A stretch of DNA of 64,000 nt from assembly GCA_951406725.2 (NCBI GenBank), contig OX597815.1:158534001-158598000 (forward strand), written 5' to 3'. Shown piece after piece: positions 1 through 12,478 of the stretch (positions within the stretch are counted from its first letter, which is position 1; each line of letters starts with the position of its first letter). A program made the position numbers and the translations under genes. The DNA comes from Octopus vulgaris. Taxonomy: Eukaryota. The notes below the pieces were generated by a model that was given only the letters and a program-made list of their open reading frames with translations, ran no database searches and was not told the DNA's origin.

Positions 1-213
1 GCATTGAACAGTGACAGAAGAAAAAAAAAATAAATAAAACGTAGACAAAAGAAATCTACATCAACATCACTGCAGCTAAGTACAATTATTTTCCTACAAA
101 AACTAACACAAAGAATGCCAGTCAGATTGAGCTATACACTTCAGAAGGCATTGCAGCTCAAATCTTAACTGAGCGACTGGCTCGAACATATACACACACG
201 TACACAGACACAG

Positions 214-274
<61 letters not shown>

Positions 275-276
275 TG

Positions 277-311
<35 letters not shown>

Positions 312-557
312 TAAAATTATAAATAAGGGTATCTAAAAGACACCATCATGCTAGAGATAGCAGTCAAAACTTGACTTTAAAACCACATCAAGTTTTGACT
401 GCTATCTCTTGCATGAGGGTATCTTTTAGATACCCTTAATTATGATTTTAATAATAATTATAACCTATGAGGTTTTAATTCCCATGCTAGCCACTTGATA
501 TGATCGGTATTTTAAATAACGATCTTATCCTTATATATATATATATTTAAAAAAAAA

Positions 558-809
558 GATGCGTCCTTTTAAAGCCTAGCCAGGCTCATGGGCCCGGTTT
601 CGCGGTTTCAATGGCGTATGTGTTCCCCAGCTGAATGGGACGCCAGTCCATCGCAGCATTACTCATTTTTTGCCAGCGGAGTGGACTGGAGCAACGTGAA
701 ATGAAGTGTTTTGCTCAAGAACACAACGCGTCGTCCGGTCCAGGAATCGGAACCACAATCTTACGATCATGATGCTGACACCCTAACCACTAAGCCACGC
801 GCCTCCACA
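558..809 (-). mobile_element. tRNA-derived SINE, family B (V-domain-like)
   Basis: The minus strand begins GGAGGCGCGTGGCTTAGTGGTTAGG (A box) and has a GGTTCCGATTCC B-box-like motif. It then has GCTGCGATGGACTGGCGTCCC, resembling the V-SINE domain, and the tail GGGCCCATGAGCCTGGCTAGGCT. Related copies lie at 14047, 30195 and 52242. Confidence 0.85.
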
Positions 810-821
810 TATAATATATAT

Positions 822-918
<97 letters not shown>

Positions 919-927
919 TATACATAT

Positions 928-1213
928 AGTGAATATGCGTGTACTCCATCCCATGACGCTGTGGTAGGTTATACAAAGGGGAAACATGTCGCCCCTCAAA
1001 ATAAGAGTATAGGAAACATCGCAAAGCTGTGCCACGGGGAAATATTGATATATCGGGTATAGCTGATCATGTATGCAAAAATGGAGACTACCTCCTCCTA
1101 TGGGATTAAGTTAAAATAATAGACACAGAACACCACTGGAAAATACGAAAACTAAAAAAAGCAGCATGTAGGAACCGGTATTAAGGAAGGATAGGAGAAT
1201 ATTAGATTTATAA
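928..1213 (+). pseudogene. Penelope-like element GIY-YIG endonuclease, decayed C-terminal fragment
   Basis: Manual translation across frameshifts gives VYSIP*RCGRLYKGETCRP/LKIRV*E/HRKAVPRGNIDISGIADHVCKNGDYLLLWD*VKIIDTEHHWKIRKLKKAA...EPVLRKDRRILDL* (stop 1211-1213). This fits the PLE pattern VYxIPCxCGxxYxGETxRxLxxRxxEH...SxxAxH...WxxVKII...RxxKE. Confidence 0.8.
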
Positions 1214-1236
1214 GCCCTAAAATTCACTGCATATAC

Positions 1237-1430
1237 CACGGGCATATAGTATAGTGATTAAGAGCGCGGGCTACTAACCACAAGATTCTCAGTTCGATTC
1301 CAGGCAGTGATAAAAAATTACCTTAGGAATGAGAACCCAGTTTCGAAATTTCCCCAAGAAGGCTGGAGGGTATATTATCCGAAACAACAAACAAGATGAG
1401 GACAAATATCCGTCAATTGTAAATAATGTA
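1237..1430 (+). mobile_element. tRNA-like head plus deleted hammerhead module in the PLE 3' region
   Basis: It has a degenerate A box (TAGTATAGTGA) and a B box GTTCGATTCC at 1292-1301. It is collinear with 48679-48997 apart from two short deletions in the ribozyme and the missing internal microsatellite. Confidence 0.8.
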
Positions 1431-1436
1431 GAAGAA

Positions 1437-1550
1437 ACAAAATACCCTGTTGTTGATGCTGAAATTCCACTTGAATTTCTTAACCGAAATTCAAGTGGAA
1501 TTTCTGGTTCTTTATTGACTAGAAATCTTGAAATAAAACTGAACAATGAC
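1437..1550 (+). mobile_element. short repeat with (CATA)n tail, second copy at 7380-7484 (-)
   Basis: It shares CCCTGTTGTTG...GAAATTCCA and CTTTATTG..AGAAATCTTGAAATAAA.CTGAA.AATG with the reverse complement of 7380-7484. Confidence 0.65.
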
Positions 1551-2894
1551 GTACGCACACACATACATATACATATACATACATACATACATACATACAT
1601 ACATACATACATACATACATACATACATACATACATACATACTAATGCAGAACTTACAGCTCTTGTACTCTGACTATGAATTTTCATTTGCACCTATCAT
1701 CATAGGTGCATAAGATTATGTACCAACAAATATAAAAAAAATCCCCCAAAACTTAGAAATACTCGGTCTCCCGGAGAAAGTTCAAAAGAAATTGATACGG
1801 ATTCTCCAAATCCAATCTATCAGTGGCACAGTGAAAATTTGCACGACATTCCAAAGATTCTCCATCTGAGATTTTTATGTGAATAGACGCACACACATGG
1901 GTGTGTGAATGGACAGTTCAACCAACACACCAACTCAACTACATATTTAAAAACACCGGGAACTCTCTTAACTCAAAAGGCTTTGTTGCTTTGTTAGCAA
2001 CCGTTTTAAAGTCTCTCTTGAAGAACTCGAAGGAAAAACATACATATACATACAATCTGTAAGTGAAACACTAAAAATACGCCAAATTTTTCTCAATGTG
2101 AATTTGTTTTCCTTATTTGAATTCCATTGATGGAATTTTGTATCTGTTAGAAACCAGCTCCACATAATACACACACACACACACATATGCATGTATGTAT
2201 GTACATATGTATATTATATAAATAAACTCATCAATCGCACCTACACTCACACACATATACGCACATACACACACATACACACGCACCCATAATCCGTACA
2301 AACGTGTATATAATACAAACTAATATTAAACAAATACAATTCTTGATTAATATAAAACTAGCCTTCACTGTCAGAAATGTAATGTAAACATAATTAATAC
2401 ATCGGGGAGATTAATGCAATACACAAACACATGCATTGCTTTGTATCTACGCGTGTCCTCCTATTTACTTCGACATCAGCTCGTACCTCAGTACAAACAT
2501 ACATATATAAGTAGAAACATGCGCATACAAATGCACTTTGTGCATTTGCATATGTACAGAGGAGCCAGTGATGATTTCGGTCATTTGATTATTGCAGTGA
2601 TGGGATACATATAATCTTTAAGATATGTGAAGTAAATCGTACCATTCCAAGTTCTAATTTTAGAATTCTCTGTATTTTATCGAACTCTGTCGAATGTCTC
2701 AGTTACATTTTGACGGATAAATACATAGCTCAACAGCTTGTTTTACGCCGAGATATATTCAGATACAAGTAACACACGCAAGACGTGCAAGAGAATGAAA
2801 GAAAGAAAGGAAGAAAGGAAGAAAGAGAGAGAGAGAAATAGAGACAGAGACAGAGACAGGGAATAAGAGAAAGAAAGAGAAAGAAAGAGAAAGA

Positions 2895-3020
2895 GAGGAA
2901 TTGGTAAAGTCGTTAGAGCATTGAACAAAATGTCAGTATTTCTTCCGGTTGTGCGTTTTGAGTTCAAATCTCGTAGAAGTTAATTTTGCATTTCATCCTA
3001 TAGGAGTAGATAAAAATAAA
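2895..3020 (+). mobile_element. degenerate SINE family C (Meta-domain-like)
   Basis: GAGTTCAAATC B box followed by TTTGCATTTCATCCT...GATAAAAATAAAG, matching the better copies at 26517 and 62090. Confidence 0.55.
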
Positions 3021-3311
3021 GCTGAAAGGTTGTGGATTAGGGGAATTTGTTAAACATCAGACGAGATGCTTTGCAATATGTTTTTCTGCTCTTTACATTC
3101 TGACTTGTTAAGGGAGGTAGATTGAAATCACCTCCCGGTTCAACACCATCATCTTATCCTCTGGTGCCTTCACAGGTGCTAATTCTGAACAAAGTATATG
3201 AACTGGTTCTCGGGTTTAATGATAACATCCTCTCTTCTTTGTTTGCCGGATTAGAACATTGAATGAATGAACAGGGACGGAGCATCCAAACAACGACTAC
3301 ATACACACACA

Positions 3312-3371
<60 letters not shown>

Positions 3372-3384
3372 ACACAGACACGCA

Positions 3385-3530
3385 CATATATACGACGAGC
3401 TTCTTTCAGTTTCCACCAACCAAATCCACTAACAAAGCTTTGGTCGGCCCGAGTCTTTAGTAGATGACACTTGCCTAAGGTGCCACGTCGTTGTGAGTAA
3501 GCTTCTTATCATAGAGCCACGCCTGCGCCT
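3385..3530 (-). mobile_element. SINE family A (CORE-like), 5' half
   Basis: Matches the family consensus CTTCTTTCAGTTTCC...GACACTTGCCCAAGGTGCCACG...CAGCCACGCCTGCGCCT. Confidence 0.8.
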
Positions 3531-3799
3531 ATACATACATACATACATACATACATACATACATACATACATACATACATACATACATACATACACACAT
3601 GCATACATACATATGATGCTCGACCTTCAGGTTTCTGAAGATGATCATATTAGCAGCTTTACTATTTGTGAGTTTTGAGCTGACTTATTAGACCAATGTT
3701 GTCATAAAATTTACAATAACAGTGAAGGGTATGCTATAACATAGTCGGAGCCCGTTGGGGCACTTGCATCCCGCCTTTAATTATTCTGAGTGTTTTACT

Positions 3800-4240
3800 C
3801 CAGCGAACAGAATATTTCGCCACAGTGAGTGATCTTGAGCAAGCTGTAGATTGATCTGAGATACATATTTTTAAGTTCGTCTTCCGAGTGACTTCGTATC
3901 TTCTCTTTGGTCCAGTTCCCCACGCGACCGGGAGCCAACTGCTAGTTCACCGAAGAAAATCTTTTTAAGGGTGTCAGGAATCTAACATGCGTGCTACATA
4001 TGCACACTGTCGCAGCTGGAATTTATTTAGGAAAGCATACATGATAGACATATTAGCTTTCTCTTACACAGTAGTAATTAGGAATTTTATCCGGCCTCTT
4101 GGTGCTGATAAATTTGTCGCAGTCATGTTAGATGAAAACGATTAAGCCTTTCTTTTTTTTTGCATGTCTTTGATAAACTGTCCAGGTTTCACATTCACAA
4201 AGTGATGTAGTCACCACAACAGCTTTGAATTCGTTAAATT
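3800..4240 (-). mobile_element. RTE-type LINE, decayed 3' ORF fragment
   Basis: The minus strand encodes KKIFFGELAVGSRSRG, similar to the RTE C-terminal motif PKxxxYGELxxGxRxRG. It contains frameshifts and stops. Confidence 0.55.
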
Positions 4241-4950
4241 TTGTTTTATGTATGAGCATGTGTGTGTATATATACATATATATTTATGTATTTATTTATA
4301 AGTACATATACCTATACATATACATATATATGTGTGTGTGTGGGTGCATATACTTACACACACACACATGCACGTACTCACACAAACGTACACAGACATG
4401 GAATTTGCAAAACATCAACTATCAATGTAAAAGGAAACTAGAGAACGAAAAACAACAACACATATACACTGCTTAAAACTTTGATATGTTTACTTAGAAA
4501 TCTGTGCTATTTAGCTCCACAGAGAGTGTTCAACTGATGTAGTGATAGCGTTATTAGAGACTGATGCCGTTGTAACTCGGCAAAACTACATGTTTGTACT
4601 GTCGTGATTGTTTCTACTGAGATATTTTCAATGTTTACTGTTTGCGGAAACGGTTATCCAATGTAAACATTGACACGCCTTAGTAATTCTTCGTTAGAAA
4701 ACAAATACGCACATGCACGAATGCATTTTAGCATTAATGCACTAATACACAAACACACGTATATTCGTAGATAAATTTATATACATTCAAACGCAAATAA
4801 CATATACGTACTTTGAAATGGAAAGGAACTGCAATTTTTTTTTAAAGAAGAAAGCATTTCATATATTTATTTATGTATGAAATACGTCTGTACACAAATA
4901 TGTGCAATTGTTAAAACAGGCATACACTTAGCCATACATTCATACATACA

Positions 4951-5119
<169 letters not shown>

Positions 5120-5165
5120 GCGCAACTCCATTGTCTCCCGAGACAAAAAGGATGCTAACCACACT

Positions 5166-5202
<37 letters not shown>

Positions 5203-5209
5203 GCATACA

Positions 5210-5395
5210 CTCTCTTTTACTCTTTTACTTGTTTCAGTCATTTGACTATGGCCATCCTGGAGCACCGCCTTTAGTCGAGCAAATTGACCCCAGGACTTAT
5301 TCTTTGTAAGCCTAGTACTTATTCTATCGGTCTCTTATGCCGAACCGCTAAGTTACAGCGACTTAAACACACCAGCATCGGTTATCAAGCGATGT
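5210..5395 (-). mobile_element. SINE family A, 3' half
   Basis: Contains CTCTTTTACTTGTTTCAGTCATTTGACT..GGCCAT.CTGGAGCACCGCC, the family 3' tail, which is repeated many times in the window. Confidence 0.85.
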
Positions 5396-5462
5396 CGTTA
5401 GAAATGGCCGTAATGGATTGACATCTGTACCTCTACTGTTATTCACACATATATATATATAT

Positions 5463-5511
<49 letters not shown>

Positions 5512-5844
5512 CACCCACACACACATAGATATACATATACACATACATACATACATACATACATACATATCCAAAATCTATGTCTTTCTGTCTGTCTGTC
5601 TGTCTGTCTATGTACGTTGACATGCCGCCTGTACACCATATCGCACACGTACGATCAAGCATGACATGAACTTTTGAAGACACATATCGTATATATTTGG
5701 TTCTTGCTTCTTTATTCGATACCTTTGAGCGAAGCAATTTTTATGATGCCATTCTCGTAATACATAACTCAATTCTTGCAAGTTGAAGTGACAGGAATAC
5801 AGATTTATCTGGAGCTACGCGAAATATTTCGAAAATTTACAAGC

Positions 5845-5975
5845 GCCGGCGTGTCTCTGTTGTAAATCACATTGTCCCAGGTTCAGTCCATCTGTGTAGT
5901 ACCTTGGGCAAGTGTCTTTTGCTATAGTCCTAAAGCCTTGTGTGTGGACTGGTAGACGGAAATTAAAAGAAGGCC
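5845..5975 (+). mobile_element. SINE family A, degenerate 5' half
   Basis: GGTTCAGTCC B box and CCTTGGGCAAGTGTCTT CORE-like motif. Confidence 0.7.
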
Positions 5976-6475
5976 TTAATAAGTACAGTTATGAACCTGA
6001 AGTTCTAATCTGGATAGAATAACTGCAGATTTCTCAATAGTTCAACATAGCTTTATGTTAACATTCGCTGGGCAGCTAATTTCCACAACTGTGCACTATG
6101 TATGTATGTATGTATGTATGTATGTATGTATGTATGTATGTATGTATGTATGTATGTATGTATGTATGTATGTATGTATTTATGTGTATGCAGGTCCCTA
6201 TCAGACCTAGCAGCATATCTTTGTGTGGAGAATTCTTTCCGGCTGTATTATCCTAAAAACAGTGACACTTCGTGCAGGAAGGTGAAGAAAGAATGTGGTG
6301 ATGCTAAACTAACAATACGTTAGATGAGTTTATCACACAAATTAGGTCTAGCGAGCAATTTAGGCCTACTACACAATTTCTGCCAAAACAGTAGCAAGCC
6401 CACAGGGAAACTAATCATACAGAAGTGCACAATACCAAACAAGCTAAACTTTAACTTTTGCTTAACATTCTATCT

Positions 6476-6754
6476 CAGTGATTCTCAACGTGGGGTATAC
6501 GCTCCACTGGTGAGTCCTGAGAAAATTGTGATGGGGCGTAGGATCCAAATCTTTTTTTCTTTTTTTAGTGGGACATGGAGTTGTGAAATATTTTTTTTTA
6601 GTAATACACCTTTTTTGTACTCTGTACTTAATAAAAGAGTAAATAGTTGTGATAAAATATTAAAAATGAAAATTTTTTTTCCAAACACCGCGGGGCATAT
6701 ATTTTCCTGGAAAGTTATAGTGGGACTTGAGGAAAAATAAATTGGGAAACACTG
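6476..6754. mobile_element. hAT (Charlie-like) MITE
   Basis: TIRs are CAGTGATTCTCAA and TTGGGAAACACTG. The flanking 8-mers TTCTATCT and TTCTATTC (6/8 identical) resemble an 8-bp TSD. Confidence 0.7.
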
Positions 6755-6852
6755 TTCTATTCTATCCACTCGACATTCTGTTTAGGAATCATATTTAGAA
6801 ATCTAATTCAGACAATATGGGTGATCAAAAATAGTTGCATGTTTGTATTCAT

Positions 6853-7019
<167 letters not shown>

Positions 7020-7379
7020 TGTATCAAACCCACTTGAATTTTATGAACTTGACATTCAGTTGTCATTAACAACGTAGTTAAATATAAGTTTTTTCCCCTT
7101 TTGAAAATATTTCATTTATATTTTAAACACTTGGTGTTAAAATACAGATGTATCTGACATTTTATAATATATGAATATACACACACACACAAGCACACAC
7201 ACAGACGAACACACACACAGACGAACACACACACATAGAGACATGCACGCACACACATACACGCATTATGAAATAAGTAGACTTGTACATGAGAACTTCA
7301 CATGGAGACACACACGCACGCAGACAGACATGTGTATGTATGTATGTATTTTTGTATGTAAGTATCTTTGTATGCATGC

Positions 7380-7484
7380 CATTATTCAGTTTATTTCAAG
7401 ATTTCTTGCCAATAAAGGACCGGTTTGTAACCTAGATCCAAGGCTCCTTCATTGGAATTTCAACGGCAACAACAGGGCATTTTT
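7380..7484 (-). mobile_element. short repeat with a hammerhead-like core
   Basis: The minus strand reads CCAATGA-AGG-AGCCT-TGGATCT-AGGTT-ACAAAC-CG-GTC, a degenerate CUGAUGA/stem II/GAAAC/GUC arrangement. It is homologous to 1437-1550. Confidence 0.5.
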
Positions 7485-7508
7485 CTTTACCTGCATGTAT
7501 GTATGTAT

Positions 7509-7543
<35 letters not shown>

Positions 7544-8644
7544 AGTGTCTGTGAGTATGCATGTATCTCACGCTCTCTCCCCATATATATATATATATAT
7601 CAAATAGTAGCCAGGTTCTATATGAGATGCTCCTAATCATGAATTTGATCACTGCTTGAGGATGGTTTGGACAATGATATGATTTATAGAGGCTTGTATT
7701 TAAATCTAATAAGAGGCGTGATGATGCAGAATTTGAATGATATAAGGAGCTAATCAAAAATTTAAAAGATATTCGGACAATCCATTACAATGATTATGAT
7801 TAGAACAGAATAGTGAAGTTCATAGACGTTTCATTCAACTTAAACCCGAACCTCTAAAGACCCTATCATAAACCGAATATATATATTCGGTTTATGTTAG
7901 GAAATGTTGATTTTGAATGCGAGCTACTGGAAGTTACACTCTATATAAGCATGTCGGATAATTGTATTATCAGAAGCATGAAAGCTATATTGGTTCGAAT
8001 GGAACTCTACTGGAAGGAGAACTTCTTTGTTAAGCCCACCAATAGCAGAAATAACTCACAATATGTATGTGCGCATGTGTGTGTGTGTGTGTGTGTGTGC
8101 GTGCGCGTGTATATATGTACAGGTGTACGTATGTATAAATATATATATACATACGCGCATGTACATATATTCATTTCTATGCGTATACTAATACTTATAA
8201 TGCATGTATTAACAAACACATGCTTTATGCGTGTCTGCAGTTCTTTGCCTCTTGAAAATTTTTCTTGTTTTCCAATAAAATTACGGCGAGGCTCCTCTCA
8301 CAACTTATGTTTCATTGAACGGACAAACGCAAGAAATTGGATTCTGTCAGGAACCATTGTCGGCTTAGCGTGAAATCTTTGAAACATTTCTATCATACGA
8401 ACTTCTGTTCGGTAAGTTGTGGCACTGTTAACAAACAACCGACATTAAAAGCTAATATTTTTGCTTACCATCCAGTCCCCACTTGACAAGACATGCTTGT
8501 TTTTCAATCCAAAGTAAGAATAACATTTAAAATTACTTTACTTCTGTGTACATTCACGTACATTTGTATGTACATTTTAGCTTTCGTATGTCCGTTTTCG
8601 CTTATTTTCTTATTTCTTTGTGTATATGTATGTGTGCTCGTATA

Positions 8645-9007
8645 TCTATTATATAAAATCTGATCTGTCTGTCTGTATGTGTGTCTTCTGGGATCTCGGG
8701 CATCCTCCATCTGATTGCGCTCAAATTTGATATGTATATACCGACGGTATCAAGGCATATATAAGTCTTGAAACAATTGCAATAATCGATTCCTGGTGAG
8801 AATGCGATCGACAAAGTGAATAAAATCGTTTTTCTTTGGAATAGAAAAAAGTCTATCTTTATTTCTTCTTTTGCTGGTGTCTCAAATTTAGGTTAAATCA
8901 GTGTTTCTCAAAAGGGAGGCCTATGGGACGGTCGGACAAGTTGTTTTGAGAAAATTTGGTTTAAATGTTTGACAACTCAGCACTGTCCATTGGATGGGAG
9001 ACGTTTT

Positions 9008-9056
<49 letters not shown>

Positions 9057-9266
9057 GGACGGAAGCAGTATTAGTACTGATTAGCAATCAATATATCGTA
9101 CATAACGTGGATATTCTACATGCTAGAAGAAGGCCACAGTACTGTGGTATTGGTCATCAGAAAGCCTCACATATCGTGCTAAAAAGAACAGGAGCCGACG
9201 AAAAGTACGCAGAAATCTCGTGGTCTAGCAATTCTACCGCCGCTGCTACACACTTTTGCCTTGCTA
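8645..9266 (+). mobile_element. non-autonomous Helitron-like element (3' boundary uncertain)
   Basis: It starts A|TCTATTATATAAA, then has (GTCT)n and CTGATTGCGCTCAAATTTG, the same layout as 30534. A possible CTAG|T end lies near 9266. Confidence 0.5.
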
Positions 9267-9664
9267 GTGATACCCCTATGCTTTTAAGAACTCTAATGTA
9301 TTTTACAAGATACTTTCTAAAACGGATACCGCAGTATTGTGGCTTAGTATAACCGTAATAAGTAAGATATACAGATTGATATACATACATACATACATAC
9401 ATACATACATACATACATACATGTTTGTTTGGATGTCATTAGAACTTAGAATTGTTGAGAAAGTGAAAAAAGTTATATAAAGAACCGACGAATTTCTAAG
9501 TAAATGTAGCGATTAAAACGTAGAAAACTGTCCTGCAGACTCGAACCCTCAACTCCTGCAAATGGATAGCTTTCGATAAATTCTTTTCAAAAGGATTTTA
9601 ACTCCATATATAGACTATTTATAGCTTTATTTGCTTCGATATTCAACGTTCCGAATATTCATAT

Positions 9665-10045
9665 ATTCTTTTACTTTTACTAATTTCAGTCATTTGACTG
9701 GGGACATGCTGAAGCACCGTCTTTTAGTCGAAGAAATCTCCCCTTGGACTTATTCTTTGTAAGCCTGGTACTTATTCTATCGGTCTCTTCTGCCGAACCG
9801 CTAGTTTACGGGGAAGTAACCACACCAACATCGATGGTGGTGGTGGTGGACAAACACAGACACAAGGACACATATTATTATAGAAATACGTCGGGCTTCT
9901 GTCAGCTTCCGTCTATCAAATCCGCTCAAAAGGCTTTTGGTCGGTCCGAGGCTATAGTAGACGTCACTTGCCAAAGGTGCCACGCAGTGGAACTGAATCC
10001 GGAACCATGTGGTTGGGAAGCAATCTTCTTACCATACAGCCACGC

Positions 10046-10047
<2 letters not shown>
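9665..10047 (-). mobile_element. SINE family A, near full length
   Basis: The tRNA-like head (GGCGTGGCTGTATGGTAAG; GGATTCAGTTCC), the CORE-like motif and the 3' tail are all present. Confidence 0.9.
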
Positions 10048-10108
<61 letters not shown>

Positions 10109-10493
10109 CATGTATATAAGTATGTAAGTATGTATGTATGTATATATGTATGTATGTATGTATATACATTCTGCATATATAGTGGTGGTGCATCATTCGA
10201 TGCAGACGTACGTCCTTAGATGACTTGTAAAAAGGAACCGCGTGTCTTAATCTCTGTTTCGCTTATTTCAATTAGAATACATTTCGGCATTTGCCTCTAG
10301 CTATCTGCATACAAAAGGGAACATGAGTTAGAATGAAGAACAGTTATCTTATTACCTATAAGAGTATGCCACTAGCTACAGACAGTACCAAAATTTATTC
10401 TAATCGAAATAAGCGAAAGAACGAGGTACTTTTCAGCAAGTTACCTGACGAGGCACATCTTCCCCGAGTGATGCACCACAACTATTTGTACGC

Positions 10494-10546
10494 AATCTCA
10501 CTCACGAGGGAGCAATGCACGATGGGTTGAAACGATCGTAGTGATT
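10494..10546 (+). ncRNA. degenerate minimal hammerhead ribozyme motif
   Basis: AATCTCA-CTCACGA-(weak stem II)-GAAAC-GATC-GTA-GTGATT, with palindromic stem III ACGATCGT. The core has G5>C. Confidence 0.45.
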
Positions 10547-10591
10547 AATAAAGAATCTTGTAAATTATTTCTTTCTCTTTGTATGTGTGTG

Positions 10592-10697
<106 letters not shown>

Positions 10698-11061
10698 AGA
10701 AGAACAAGATAAAGAATTAACAAATAATTCTACAATATACTGAGCAAAGTAAAACCAATTGTTTGTTCTTTTCTATATTTTGGCTTTTAAATATTAAAAT
10801 ATATTCTAAAATATTGAGAGAGAGAGAGAGAAAGAGAGAGAGAGGGAGAGAGAGAGAGAGAGAGGGAGAGAGAGAGAGAGAGAGAGAGTGATAAAATAAA
10901 TTAAATTGCTTCGGATGACCGTAATCAAATAGAATTCGGTTAATTCGTGATCAACATTTTAAAAATTCAGCAGCTGGCATTTCGTGAAACCATTGATAGT
11001 GCTGTGATGGACATGCTATCTTCTTTTTTCTCTCTTTCTTCCTTTCTCTCTCTCTCTCTCT

Positions 11062-11104
<43 letters not shown>

Positions 11105-11775
11105 TATATATATATACATATATATATATATACACACAGTATATACATAATATATACGCAATATATATACACACATACAGAGACGTGCGCGCGTGTGGAC
11201 ACACACACACATACACAAACACAATTACATACACGCACCTGTATAACTAATGAATGGTCCTAAAAGATATAACGGTTATAAGAAAAAATTATCTTTTTTA
11301 ACTATTCGATATTTCTACTATTAAGATTTAAATTATAACATTAACTGTAAACAACATTAAAAGAACTTTACGAATTACGTAGAAGTACGCAGCATAACAA
11401 AATGAGTGGAGTTTGATATTATGATTAGAAGCTACATTTCTGATAACGTAGAATCTTCTCACGGTTGTTTTGTAGTTTCAAGTACTTGATTAGTATGGCT
11501 TCTTCAATGAACAACTTGTTTTTTTACTACTTAGAACGTGGAGGAGGGCGGCTACTTATGATAATTTGAAGCTCTTCTAGACTGAGTAGGTCGATGACAT
11601 TCTAGAATGCATGTAAATTGATGCCGGCAGATAAAACAGAACGAATGAAAGCAGCTCGATCTGTTAAAAATACCAGCAAAATCTACCCCAAATATTTCGT
11701 GTTATAAATTGCCAGACGCATTACGCTATGTAGTTTTAGCTATTTGTTTGTAGTCTGAACAATCTGCACATACAA

Positions 11776-12255
11776 CACTGTGTAACAAAATGTTATACTT
11801 TTCTTTTGCCTTTGGTTGATAAGTGTTATTTCCTATTTGCTTCTGTCTAGAAATCAAAGGAAATGACTACTATTCCCGTGAAACTTTGCTTTTGTGATTT
11901 GGATATTAAATGTTTGAAACTTAACTAGTTTCCATTACATTTCAGACAGACTCAGCACTGAGTTGTGGAAGCAGAAATATCGTTATAGTAAATATTCTGC
12001 TCAATACCACAAATTTGCTTCTCAATTATTTGACCATAACCACATAAGCATGTTCCTTCGTAGCTGACAATATGTGTATCACTGATCATGAGCAGGAGCA
12101 GCGGGGGATTATCATAATCATTCTTTGAGGTTTGAATAAACATCGCAACAAAAGCAAAGTTTAAAGGAAATATTTGACATCTTTCATGCGTTATAGGAGT
12201 AAGGAAATAGAAAATAACAGTTGCTACTCAAGGACAAAAATTGTGTTACACAGTG
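11776..12255. mobile_element. MITE with long imperfect TIRs
   Basis: Ends are CACTGTGTAACA and TGTTACACAGTG|TA. Internal inverted matches are TGTTATTTCCTATTT/AAATAGAAAATAACA and AAACTTTGCTTTTGT/ACAAAAGCAAAGTTT. Confidence 0.7.
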
Positions 12256-12299
12256 TAATTTGATTATAGTGATCAAATGTTTGTGTTGTACATGAGTTC

Positions 12300-12478
12300 A
12301 CTCTCTTCATCTTGCAGAAGCACGATGCGACGCACATCAGATGTTGAAGTGATCACAGAGCAACGCCAAATAAAGTGTTTTGTTCAAGAATACAACACAC
12401 CATTCGGTCCAGGAATCGAAATCTTGATCTAGAGGTTGTGAGTGCAATACCCTAGCCACTAGGTCACGCACCTTCACA
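12300..12478 (-). mobile_element. SINE family B-related head
   Basis: AAGTGTTTTGTTCAAGAATACAAC...GGTCCAGGAATCGAA...CCCTAGCCACTAGGTCACGCACCTTCAC matches 700-809. Confidence 0.7.
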
